Shown here: positions 39,050 to 50,228 of the stretch, piece by piece
Layout: every line of letters starts with the position of its first letter
Position numbering within the stretch: position 1 is the stretch's first letter
NCBI GenBank assembly: GCA_002796325.1
Contig: PCXA01000006.1
Location: 970 to 64,969, forward strand
Reading direction: 5' to 3'
Source of the DNA: Deltaproteobacteria bacterium CG11_big_fil_rev_8_21_14_0_20_47_16
Lineage (GTDB): Bacteria; UBA10199; GCA-002796325; 1-14-0-20-47-16
DNA length: 64,000 bases
The notes under the pieces: generated by a model
The model's input: the letters and a program-made list of their open reading frames with translations, nothing else
What the model was told of the DNA's origin: nothing
Database searches by the model: none
Position numbers and translations under genes: made by a program

Positions 39050-40384
39050 ATGAAAACATTACAAGACCAGCATAACGACACCGTTGCCAAGATTGCTACA
39101 GAAATTCAGGCACGTATCATCGACAATCAGCCTGTCCATATTGCCAAGGGCGGCGTTTCCCACTTTGTGCCACTTCCGGGCGATCGGCGCTTTAAAGGCA
39201 TGCCCATTGATATTTCCACACTCAAAAATGTTCTGAGGGTTGACGTCAAAAGCCGTACCTGCACGGCAGAGCCAGGTGTCACATTCGCTGAACTCGTCAA
39301 AATAACCATGGCACACGGCTTGATTCCCGCAGTGGTTCCGGAACTAGAAGGCATTACGATTGGTGGCGCTGTTGCAGGTTGCTCTGTTGAATCCATGTCA
39401 TACAAGTATGGTGGATTTCACGACACCTGCTTGGAATACGAAGTCATTACGGGTGAAGGTAAAATATTAAGATGTTCACGTGAACAAGACGCCCACGCAT
39501 TTGAAATGATTCATGGATCCTATGGTACCCTGGGCGTGCTAACGCAACTAACGTTTAAATTATTGCCTGCCAAACCATTTGTCAAAATGGAGTATCGCAA
39601 GTTTGATAACTTTGAAGCGTTCCGCGCCGAGATGCGGGAGCGCTGCACCATTGGCGACTATGAATTTGTGGACGGCATCATTCACGACCGCAGCACATTC
39701 GTTATTTGCTTGGGCCGCTTTGTAGATCATGCGCCTTATATTAGTAATTACCGCTGGCTAAACATCTTCTACAAAAGCACGGCAGAGTTAAAAGAAGATT
39801 ACCTAACCACATTTGACTACTGTTTCCGTTACGATACCGAGTGTCACTGGATCACCAAGACCATTCCCATGCTAGAAACAAAACCCGCACGTTTTGCCCT
39901 TGGAAAATTCATTTTGGGTTCTACCAATATCATTAAATGGTCCAAGCGCATTGAGCAGATCCTTAAATTCAAAAAACGCCCGGATGTCGTGGTAGACGTA
40001 TTCATCCCCGAAAAGCGCTTTGGTGATTTTTACAATTGGTACGAAAGTGAATTTGACTTCTTCCCACTGTGGGTCATCCCCTATCGTATGCCCAAAATTT
40101 ATGGTTGGATCTCGGATGAACATGCCAGCAACATGGGCGATGCCTTATTCATTGATTGCGCCGTCTATGGCAAACCCAATGCACACCCCACAATTGACTA
40201 CTCCGAAATTCTGGAAAGGAAGACCACTGAGTTTGGTGGGATCAAAACACTTATCTCCCGCAACCACTACACCAAAGATGAATTTTGGAAGATCTATCAC
40301 CAGAAGAACTACAACAAAGCCAAATTGCAACTGGATCCCAAAGGCGTCTTCCCACAACTGTACGACAAATTCCTGCGCCCTTAA
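39050..40384 (+). CDS. FAD-binding oxidoreductase, Delta24-sterol reductase-like
   Basis: VVPEL.GITIGGAVAG..ESMSYKYG.FH, GSYGTLG, C-terminal LDP.GVFP.LYDK. Confidence 0.8.
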   Translation: MKTLQDQHNDTVAKIATEIQARIIDNQPVHIAKGGVSHFVPLPGDRRFKGMPIDISTLKNVLRVDVKSRTCTAEPGVTFAELVKITMAHGLIPAVVPELEGITIGGAVAGCSVESMSYKYGGFHDTCLEYEVITGEGKILRCSREQDAHAFEMIHGSYGTLGVLTQLTFKLLPAKPFVKMEYRKFDNFEAFRAEMRERCTIGDYEFVDGIIHDRSTFVICLGRFVDHAPYISNYRWLNIFYKSTAELKEDYLTTFDYCFRYDTECHWITKTIPMLETKPARFALGKFILGSTNIIKWSKRIEQILKFKKRPDVVVDVFIPEKRFGDFYNWYESEFDFFPLWVIPYRMPKIYGWISDEHASNMGDALFIDCAVYGKPNAHPTIDYSEILERKTTEFGGIKTLISRNHYTKDEFWKIYHQKNYNKAKLQLDPKGVFPQLYDKFLRP

Positions 40385-40418
40385 TTCAGCACACCATATA
40401 ATTGGTTTTATGTTTAAT

Positions 40419-41054
40419 TTATGCGGTGGGCATTGCATCCAGGATTTTTTGGAGCTTGTTACACCAGAGGTTTTCATTGTGCTCTTGGGCACACCGAAGT
40501 GCAGTCTCAATGAATGTGCGACAAAGATTTTGATCCCATCCTTTTCGCGCCACTTCTTCGACAAGGCGAAAATTGATATTATCTGTCGTTACAAACCCTT
40601 GAAATTGCTCAACAATTGAGTCGCGCAAGCAGTCGCACGCCTTGGCCTTTTTGCCCTGTTTGGCATAGGCCAAACCCATAATGGTACGTGCTTGGTGCAC
40701 CATCGCGCGATTGTTGGGGATAATTTCCAAGACCTTCTTGGCTTTCTTAATTGCAGTATCAAATTCATGAAATTGATCGATCATGAGACGTGCAGAAATC
40801 AATTTCAATGCAGGATCTGTGGGAATTAATTTTTCAGCACGGTCATAATGCCGCCACGCTTCTTTAAATTTTCCCTGCATCTTGGCTGCCACACCCATGG
40901 CAGAATGATACAACCCTAGCGCCACAGGATCTTCGGTCTGGCTCATGTGATAACCCAACAACTTTTCGGCCTCATCAAATTGCTTAGACGCCATGGATTC
41001 AAATGCCGTCCGGCAAATATCTTGTGGCAGTAAATTGTCTTCGAGTTTATCCAT
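40419..41054 (-). CDS. TPR protein
   Basis: TPR-like helical repeats. Confidence 0.7.
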   Translation of the reverse strand: MDKLEDNLLPQDICRTAFESMASKQFDEAEKLLGYHMSQTEDPVALGLYHSAMGVAAKMQGKFKEAWRHYDRAEKLIPTDPALKLISARLMIDQFHEFDTAIKKAKKVLEIIPNNRAMVHQARTIMGLAYAKQGKKAKACDCLRDSIVEQFQGFVTTDNINFRLVEEVARKGWDQNLCRTFIETALRCAQEHNENLWCNKLQKILDAMPTA

Positions 41055-41820
41055 TAACGAGCACGTCCTTCATTTCATCGTGGATATGCGTATTGGTTGC
41101 TAAAATTTCGGTGCCATAAACATCAAATTTGGACCCATCAAATGACGTTACCGTTCCACCCGCCTCTTTCAAAATCAAGCTACCCGCAGCAATATCCCAG
41201 GGCTTCAAATACAGTTCCCAAAATCCCTCGTAACGACCACACGCGACATAGCATAAATCTACACCCGCCACGCCATCACGGCGCACCGCATGCGACTTAA
41301 GCATAAAGTTGCAGAAGTGATTCAGGTTATTCATGCGCTCGCCTTCTTGAATATTATAAGCAAAGCCAGTTACCAAAAGTGCATTCTGCAGGGACTTACT
41401 AGGGGAAACTTTAATGGGTTTACCATTACAAAAAGCGCCCTTCCCCTTTTCTGCCGTAAACATTTCACCGCGGTTGGGTTCATAGATCACACCCATCACA
41501 ATTTCTCCGCGATATTCCAACGCAATACAGACGCAGAATAATGGATAGCCGTGAGCAAAATTGGTGGTCCCATCCAATGGATCAATAATCCATTTATACT
41601 CGGCGTTACTGTTCGTATTGCTACCCTCTTCGGCCAACACATCGTAGTCCGGAAATTGTTCGCGCAAATAATCGACAATTAATTTTTCACAGTATTTATC
41701 AACTTCGGTAACAAGGTTGATAACCCCCTTATGTTCCACTTTAAAATCGGTATGAAGGCGAGAGATTTGATAGTCACCGGCTTTACGAGCAATATGGATT
41801 GCAGCATCGATTGGTTTCAT
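41047..41820 (-). CDS. suhB: Inositol monophosphatase family protein
   Basis: WIIDPLDGTTNF, WDIAAG. Confidence 0.92.
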   Translation of the reverse strand: MKPIDAAIHIARKAGDYQISRLHTDFKVEHKGVINLVTEVDKYCEKLIVDYLREQFPDYDVLAEEGSNTNSNAEYKWIIDPLDGTTNFAHGYPLFCVCIALEYRGEIVMGVIYEPNRGEMFTAEKGKGAFCNGKPIKVSPSKSLQNALLVTGFAYNIQEGERMNNLNHFCNFMLKSHAVRRDGVAGVDLCYVACGRYEGFWELYLKPWDIAAGSLILKEAGGTVTSFDGSKFDVYGTEILATNTHIHDEMKDVLVNG

Positions 41821-41832
41821 AGATAAACCGTA

Positions 41833-42501
41833 TCACACCGTCTGGCCAAGAGTCAACGCGTGGACGCTGGCTGCACCGGATTTTTTAAGTATTTGGGCCA
41901 ATGCATTCAATGTGGCACCGGTTGTAATTACATCATCAACCAGCAAGATACGGCGGTCTTTAATTTGCGCGATTGCTGTATGTAAAACCGTAAACTGACT
42001 TTTCACATTTTCCCACCGTGCTTTGGCATCTAGCCCCACTTGATTCATATCCGCGTGCATACGACCAACAACGTCATCTGCAAGAGAAACATCCAGAGCC
42101 TTTGCAAGTTGCCGCGCCAAAAGTGCACTTTGATTATAGCGGCGCTCACGCAAGCGCTTACGGCTTAATGGAACAGGAATCACAAGATCAGGAACAGGCA
42201 GTCCGCGCGCAAATGGCAGCATCACCGCCGCACAGCTTTTTGCTAGAAATGGCTGCTTATTGTATTTGAACTCATGAATCGCAGAACGCAGCGACCCCTG
42301 AAACAATGCCGCCGCATGAATACTGTCACAATGGATTGGTACACGCGTACTACGCCACATTCCAGGACTCCACTGAATGGCGTGAAAACATTTCGGACAT
42401 ATCATGCTATCTGCATGCGCATGAGACGTGTCCCGGCACCACGGACAACGATATGGAAAGAAAAAATCGAGCGCTATCTTGATGTAGCGATAAGAGAGCA
42501 T
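41833..42501 (-). CDS. comF: ComF family phosphoribosyltransferase-like protein
   Basis: Zinc-finger CxxC pairs, PVPL..R..ER.YNQ, LLVDDVITTGAT. Confidence 0.9.
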   Translation of the reverse strand: MLSYRYIKIALDFFFPYRCPWCRDTSHAHADSMICPKCFHAIQWSPGMWRSTRVPIHCDSIHAAALFQGSLRSAIHEFKYNKQPFLAKSCAAVMLPFARGLPVPDLVIPVPLSRKRLRERRYNQSALLARQLAKALDVSLADDVVGRMHADMNQVGLDAKARWENVKSQFTVLHTAIAQIKDRRILLVDDVITTGATLNALAQILKKSGAASVHALTLGQTV

Positions 42502-44015
42502 CCCGTCATCTCCGGGGGTTGGGGTAAGCGCATCATTTCCAATAAGGTGGGTGCCAAATCGCTCAACTTGCCACCACTGCGCAATGAAACGTCCGACACG
42601 TCATTGGCCACATAAATACATGGTACTAAATTTGTGGTATGCGAGGTATGCACACTGCCATCGGGATTCTGCATCTGCTCACAGTTGCCATGGTCTGCAG
42701 TAATGATCATACCGCCACCCTGCGCCAAAACAGCATCCACAATCTTCCCCACACAGGCATCCACTGTTTCCACAGCCTTAACGGCTGCCGAAATAACGCC
42801 GGTATGCCCCACCATGTCGGGGTTCGCAAAATTCAAAATGATGGCATCGTACTTTTGTGTCGCAATGCGATCCAGAACGGCATTCGTCACTTCACGCGCA
42901 CTCATCTCAGGCTTGTGATCGTATGTCGGCACATCTTTGGGGGATTGAATCAAACAGCGGTCTTCACCGGGATAGGGATGTTCTTCACCGCCATTAAAAA
43001 AGAAAGTGACGTGCGCATATTTTTCAGTTTCCGCAATGCGCAGCTGAGTGCGATTGTGTTTGCTCACCCATTCCCCAAAGTTATCCTGCAATGACTGTGG
43101 CGCATACACCACTGGCAAATCAAATTCTTGGTCATATCGGGTGAGACAGATGAATTGTGCAAGCTTCGGGATTTTTTTGCGAACAAAGCCATCAAAAGCA
43201 GGATCAGTTAAAGCGCGTGTGATTTGGCGCGCACGATCACCTCGAAAATTAAAGAATACAACAACATCACCATCATTAATGGTGGCTACTGGCGCCCCAT
43301 CAGTTTCAATGACCGTTGGGATAATAAATTCATCGGTCTCACCGGCGGCATAGGCTTCTGCCACTGCAGCCTTGGCGGACGCGGCTTTGCGACCCTCCCC
43401 CAAAACCATCGCATTGTAAGCCTTTTCCGTACGGTCCCAACGTTTGTCACGATCCATGGCATAGTAGCGGCCCGATACCGTTGCAATTTTCCAATTGGGA
43501 TACACGCAACACTTGCCACAAAATTGCTCTAAATATTTTTCAGCACCATGTGGTGACGTATCGCGACCATCGGTAAAGCAGTGCACAGCCACATTCAAAA
43601 CTTCTTGCCGCTTGGTCATTTCCAATAGTGCCTGCAAGTGGACAATGTGACTATGCACACCACCATCAGAGAAGAGCCCCATCAAATGTAGACAACCACC
43701 GGTTGCTTTTACCGTTTCACATGCCGACAATAATGTTGGATTTTTGTAGAACTCACCGGACTTAATGGATTCATTAATACGCGTGAGATCTTGATACACT
43801 ACACGACCCGCACCAATATTCATGTGCCCCACTTCGGAATTGCCCATAACATTATCAGGCAATCCTACCGCCAACCCTGTTGTATTCACAAGGGTATGCG
43901 GATATTGCTTCCATAATCGATCAAAGTTAGGTGTCTTGGCCTCCAAAACCGCATTTGCCGTCTTATCTTCGCGCCATCCCCAGCCATCCAGAACCATCAA
44001 AACCACAGGTTTCAT
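42474..44015 (-). CDS. gpmI: 2,3-BPG-independent phosphoglycerate mutase
   Basis: LDGWG, MGNSEVGH, GRYYAMDRD, DMVGHTG, TADHGN. Confidence 0.97.
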   Translation of the reverse strand: MKPVVLMVLDGWGWREDKTANAVLEAKTPNFDRLWKQYPHTLVNTTGLAVGLPDNVMGNSEVGHMNIGAGRVVYQDLTRINESIKSGEFYKNPTLLSACETVKATGGCLHLMGLFSDGGVHSHIVHLQALLEMTKRQEVLNVAVHCFTDGRDTSPHGAEKYLEQFCGKCCVYPNWKIATVSGRYYAMDRDKRWDRTEKAYNAMVLGEGRKAASAKAAVAEAYAAGETDEFIIPTVIETDGAPVATINDGDVVVFFNFRGDRARQITRALTDPAFDGFVRKKIPKLAQFICLTRYDQEFDLPVVYAPQSLQDNFGEWVSKHNRTQLRIAETEKYAHVTFFFNGGEEHPYPGEDRCLIQSPKDVPTYDHKPEMSAREVTNAVLDRIATQKYDAIILNFANPDMVGHTGVISAAVKAVETVDACVGKIVDAVLAQGGGMIITADHGNCEQMQNPDGSVHTSHTTNLVPCIYVANDVSDVSLRSGGKLSDLAPTLLEMMRLPQPPEMTGCSLIATSR

Positions 44016-44069
44016 CGCATAGTCCCCTTTCAACTGGGGTAAATCAAGACTGCTCCTTTTGCACAAGAT

Positions 44070-44098
44070 AAAAGAGGGGTGCAAAGACTGCACCCCTC
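44070..44098 (-). terminator. Rho-independent terminator
   Basis: Minus strand GAGGGGTGCA-GTCTT-TGCACCCCTC-TTTT. Confidence 0.75.
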
Positions 44099-44128
44099 AA
44101 TTGATCTAACAGTTACAACTCTCTAAAT

Positions 44129-44557
44129 TTATCGAGCTGGAGCACATCCCTTTGGAAAAATATTGATTTCAACTTTGTTACCATTACCCACACCTCTATT
44201 GTCATTCCCCTCCTTTGTTTCTTTTGGCTCTGGGCTCTCTTTTGGTGCGGGCTCTTTTGGTTCAGTTGCCACCGCAAGCATTTGTGCGCCAATCACAATA
44301 CCACCACCGCCAGCAGTGGATCCCCCCTCACCCACTGATGCTTTGCCAATCACAACTCCCCCATCACTAGCAGAATACTTCCATAATCCTGACATTAGAC
44401 GACTATTCTCATATTTCTCTTCAAATTTAATAGGAAACGTTGGCCAATCTTCGTTGGGCTTGCATTCACAACTTTTTGCATCAATACGTGTTCCAGATGG
44501 ACAAACCAAATCACATTCATTTCCGAAGCCGATTCCATGCTTATGACTGATATTCAT
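44129..44557 (-). CDS. Hypothetical protein with N-terminal Cys cluster
   Basis: ATG 44557 after AGGGGG; own sigma54 promoter and terminator. Confidence 0.65.
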   Translation of the reverse strand: MNISHKHGIGFGNECDLVCPSGTRIDAKSCECKPNEDWPTFPIKFEEKYENSRLMSGLWKYSASDGGVVIGKASVGEGGSTAGGGGIVIGAQMLAVATEPKEPAPKESPEPKETKEGNDNRGVGNGNKVEINIFPKGCAPAR

Positions 44558-44648
44558 TTTACCCCCTGTAGTATGTCCCAATGGGACAATTTGTTTATTG
44601 ATAAATCACTTCTGATTGGTCTGCAGCTCAATCAGCAACCCAACATTA

Positions 44649-44664
44649 AGCAATTGCTGTGCCA
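44649..44664 (-). promoter_or_regulatory. sigma54 (-24/-12) promoter
   Basis: TGGCACAGCAATTGCT. Confidence 0.8.
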
Positions 44665-44756
44665 ACTATCGGATCAAAACCAAAACAAACAATAGTGTTG
44701 AATATTCAATAGATAAACAGATGAATCCGACGACAATTAATTTAGTTTGCACTGAG

Positions 44757-44794
44757 TGTTCAGACTTCCGGACAGAATTACAGAAAATGGAACA
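44757..44794. promoter_or_regulatory. Two tandem TGTTC-N8-GAACA-like sites (candidate enhancer)
   Basis: TGTTC-N8-GGACA at 44757 and ATTAC-N8-GAACA at 44777. Confidence 0.5.
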
Positions 44795-44839
44795 CGCTTC
44801 TCCCTTGATAAACTAAAAAAATAGTCGCATAAGCGACCC

Positions 44840-46931
<2,092 letters not shown>

Positions 46932-46941
46932 CTAGTTAAAT

Positions 46942-47199
46942 TTACTGAGCAGCCGCTATAACAACCGCGTATGTGCGATTCTTGCGTTTTTTGTAGTTCA
47001 CAATTCCAGGAACTTTAGCAAACAATGTGAAATCGCGACCCATACCCACGTTATCACCTGGGAAAATTTTGGTGCCACATTGGCGGAACAGGATGTCGCC
47101 ACCCTTTACCACTTCACCACCAAAACACTTCATACCACGGCGTTGACCGTGACTGTCGCGTCCGTTTCGAGTTGAACCAGCTGCTTTCTTATGTGCCAT
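46942..47199 (-). CDS. rpmA: 50S ribosomal protein L27
   Basis: [16 protein letters not shown]. Confidence 0.98.
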   Translation of the reverse strand: MAHKKAAGSTRNGRDSHGQRRGMKCFGGEVVKGGDILFRQCGTKIFPGDNVGMGRDFTLFAKVPGIVNYKKRKNRTYAVVIAAAQ

Positions 47200-47216
47200 G
47201 ACGAACTCCGTTTACG

Positions 47217-47528
47217 TTAAGCTTTGATATCTTCCACTTTAAGTGAGGTGTAGGATTGACGATGCCCACGCTTCTTTTGGTACCCTTTGCGACGCTTCTT
47301 TTTGAAAACGATAATCTTAGCGGCGCGATCTTGCTCTGTGATGGTGCATATGACGCTAGCACCAGACAAAGTAGGCTTACCCACTTTGATGTCGCCTTCG
47401 CCGCCCACACACAGCACTTGATCGAGAGTGATTTTATCACCCACGTTGCCTTCGAGCTTTTCCACTTTTAGAATGGAACCCTTCTCAACATTGTATTGTT
47501 TGCCACCTGTGGCAATGACTGCGTACAT
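47217..47528 (-). CDS. rplU: 50S ribosomal protein L21
   Basis: MYAVIATGGKQY, KKRRK.Y..K.GHRQ. Confidence 0.98.
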   Translation of the reverse strand: MYAVIATGGKQYNVEKGSILKVEKLEGNVGDKITLDQVLCVGGEGDIKVGKPTLSGASVICTITEQDRAAKIIVFKKKRRKGYQKKRGHRQSYTSLKVEDIKA

Positions 47529-47685
47529 AAAACCCTCTCATTTCGGTTAAATCTTGAAGAGCGGGGGCAATTAGTGAATTTCCTCATTGCTGTCAATGGA
47601 TTATCGACCTCACAACCCCAACACCCCCGCACCCCAGGTGTCCCACACCGGAGGCGTATATCATTTTCCATTTAAAATCAATTAG

Positions 47686-49296
47686 TTATGGCTTTTCAAG
47701 GACCTCGTATTGCTCCAAATGATACTCTTGCTGCGCCTTCACCATAATGCGGCGTTTAAGCCCCTTTTCGAGCATCTCTAAAAAGGATCGTTCTTCGTCA
47801 ATCATGAGGTTGGTAATTGTAGGGTGGGCAAACACATGGATATTACGTCCCTTAAAGTGACGCGCCTCACGTTGAATCTCTCGGAAAATTTCATACACCA
47901 ACGTCTGAGGACTTTTCAGATAGCCCTTACCTTCACAGTATGGACATGGATCTGTAAGAATACGTTGAATTTCTTCGCGCGTGCGTTTGCGTGTCATTTC
48001 CACCAAACCCAACTCTGAAATTTTAGTGATGTTGGTTTTGGCGCGATCTGTTTTGAGGGCCTCTTTCAATGCATTATATACTTTGGTGCGATCACTTTGC
48101 CGCTCCATATCAATGAAATCCAAAATGATAATGCCACCAATGTTACGTAGACGTAGCTGATAAACAATTTCCTTAACGGCTTCGAGATTGGTCTTGAGGA
48201 TCGTATCTTCGACGTTGCGCTTACCCACAAATCGACCCGTGTTAACGTCTACAGCTGTGAGCGCTTCGGTGCGTTCAATAATAATGTAACCACCGGATTT
48301 AAGCCATACTTTGCGACCCAAAGCACGTGTGACTTCCACTTCGATACCATACTTATCAAATAGCGGTTCAGCACTGTCATACAACTCCACCGACTGTTTC
48401 ATTTCCGGCATGAAGGTATGCACAAAAGTTTGAATGCGTTCATGCTCTGGTTTGGAATCAATGACCAAGCGATCAATGTCTGCGGTGAATAGATCACGTA
48501 CAACACGGAGTGTCACATCGAGTTCGGAATGTGCCATCATGGGCGATTTACCCTTAGATGCGCGCGATTCAATTTCAGTCCATGTCTTAGTTAGATATTG
48601 AATATCCGCGACCAGATCTTCTTCACTCACCCCTTCACTCGCAGTGCGTACAATAATGCCCGCGCCTTCGGGGCGATGCTTTATAATAATTTCCTTAAGG
48701 CGGCGACGCTCTTTGTCATCACCAATGCGACGGGAAACCCCAATGTGATTGATTGTGGGCATGAATACCAAGTAGCGGCCAGGCAAGGAGCAGTAAGACG
48801 TGAGACGCGCGCCTTTGGTGCCCATGGGTTCTTTGGTCACTTGAACGATGATTTCTTTGCCTTCTTTTAAGAGGTCTTGAATCTTGGTATTGCGTGGGAC
48901 GGGGCGTTTGCGGCGGCGTTTTTTGCCCGCCTTTGGCGCCCCTTCATCGTCTTCTGCAGTTTCACTATCGGTATCCGCTTCTAAAGCCGCTTCACCGGTA
49001 TCATCATCGCTATCACTATCGCTATCGGATAGCCCAGGGATCTTAAATTCGCCAGTGGCCACCAGCTCAGGTGGCAACGCATCAGAGGCATGGATAAAGG
49101 CTGTGCGATCCAATCCAATTTCCACGAAGGCTGCCTGCATACCCGGCAGCACACGCACCACTTTACCTTTATAGATGTTCCCCACAATGCCCGACTCGCT
49201 GGCGCGCTCAACATACAACTCCGTCACCGCGCCATTTTCAAGGCGTGCAATTCGGGTTTCACCGGGGGTTACGTTTACAACCAATTCATTCGTCAT
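47686..49296 (-). CDS. Ribonuclease E/G family (RNase G-length, acidic/basic insertion in S1 domain)
   Basis: GNIYKGKV..VLPGMQAAFV, TAVDVNTG, LRNIGGIII.DFIDM, CPYC.G.G. Confidence 0.95.
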   Translation of the reverse strand: MTNELVVNVTPGETRIARLENGAVTELYVERASESGIVGNIYKGKVVRVLPGMQAAFVEIGLDRTAFIHASDALPPELVATGEFKIPGLSDSDSDSDDDTGEAALEADTDSETAEDDEGAPKAGKKRRRKRPVPRNTKIQDLLKEGKEIIVQVTKEPMGTKGARLTSYCSLPGRYLVFMPTINHIGVSRRIGDDKERRRLKEIIIKHRPEGAGIIVRTASEGVSEEDLVADIQYLTKTWTEIESRASKGKSPMMAHSELDVTLRVVRDLFTADIDRLVIDSKPEHERIQTFVHTFMPEMKQSVELYDSAEPLFDKYGIEVEVTRALGRKVWLKSGGYIIIERTEALTAVDVNTGRFVGKRNVEDTILKTNLEAVKEIVYQLRLRNIGGIIILDFIDMERQSDRTKVYNALKEALKTDRAKTNITKISELGLVEMTRKRTREEIQRILTDPCPYCEGKGYLKSPQTLVYEIFREIQREARHFKGRNIHVFAHPTITNLMIDEERSFLEMLEKGLKRRIMVKAQQEYHLEQYEVLEKP

Positions 49297-49300
49297 AGTA

Positions 49301-49368
49301 GGGGCTCGCGTCGCCCCCTCCACCGGCAAAGCCGTTGGAGCCTCCCCCTCACCGCCGCACGTGCGGCT
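49301..49368 (-). repeat. Palindromic repeat element copy 2 (immediately 5' of, and in frame with, RNase E/G)
   Basis: Minus strand AGCCGCACGTGCGGCGGTGAGGGGGAGGCTCC-hairpin-GGAGGGGGCGACGCGAGCCCC. Confidence 0.75.
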
Positions 49369-49463
49369 AATGATATTAGTGTAGTTAGGGTGGGCAACTT
49401 AAGCAGAGCCTTTATAGAAGGGGGAAGCGAATGGCAACCAAAATGGCTTATCATCCCACCCGT

Positions 49464-50219
49464 TTAGCGAACCCATTCCCACGCAAGCGTGTCAACTGCC
49501 GTCAGTTGCAGCAGAGGTTTGCCACCACGGGCCACCTCAATCACGCCAGCGCCGACCTTGGTGTTGTGACACGTGCGCGTGTCACCCTGCGGCGTCGGGT
49601 AAATAACGGTAGCCATGTCCGCGTAACCCAATCGAAACTGGCCAGCGATGACCAAATCATGATGGGAAAACGTCCAGTTCCAGTGTGTGTCGGTCAATTC
49701 ATGTTGGGTGCAATGCAGTGTCGAAATACCGTTGGCCAGATACTGAAATTGCTGACTCTGAAAGCAGAGCACTGTGCGATTGCCACTTGTCAGGATTTCA
49801 AATGCAGCAGTGTGGTCTTCTTGAAAACAATTACCATGTGCCCATGCCCATTCCCGAGAGGTACGCCACCCCCACAGATGACCTTGCTGTGCAGGCCAAT
49901 GGGTCATTGGCCACTCTCCCCCATCAAACTGAATGTATCCACTTATTCGACCATTCCAATGGAGTGATTCATATTTGGTGGGGACAGGCAACGCGTACAT
50001 CCATGACGGCATTAGACGCAGCGATTTTCCAGGATCGTCCCAGTGAAAATCAGTGTGCACTGTTTCAAGCACGCGCGGCTCGGTCCAAGATGGATCTGTC
50101 AGCACGGCCCAATGGCGAATCGATTTTCCAGTGCGCTGCTCGCGCAGCCAAAACGCGCGTTTGGTAATTGGATCGTTGGCTTTGATATAAGTTGCATCGA
50201 AGTGTGAAAAAATCCCCAT
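49464..50219 (-). CDS. Hypothetical protein, tocopherol cyclase/CrtC-like beta fold possible
   Basis: Trp-rich, QGHLWG..WAWAH motif; in operon behind rimO. Confidence 0.55.
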   Translation of the reverse strand: MGIFSHFDATYIKANDPITKRAFWLREQRTGKSIRHWAVLTDPSWTEPRVLETVHTDFHWDDPGKSLRLMPSWMYALPVPTKYESLHWNGRISGYIQFDGGEWPMTHWPAQQGHLWGWRTSREWAWAHGNCFQEDHTAAFEILTSGNRTVLCFQSQQFQYLANGISTLHCTQHELTDTHWNWTFSHHDLVIAGQFRLGYADMATVIYPTPQGDTRTCHNTKVGAGVIEVARGGKPLLQLTAVDTLAWEWVR

Positions 50220-50228
50220 GCGGAGTCT

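Noticed and set aside
44667-44672. TATCGG near the sigma54 site as an eighth sigma28-like promoter
   Set aside because: No GTTGC half-site at 15-16 nt spacing
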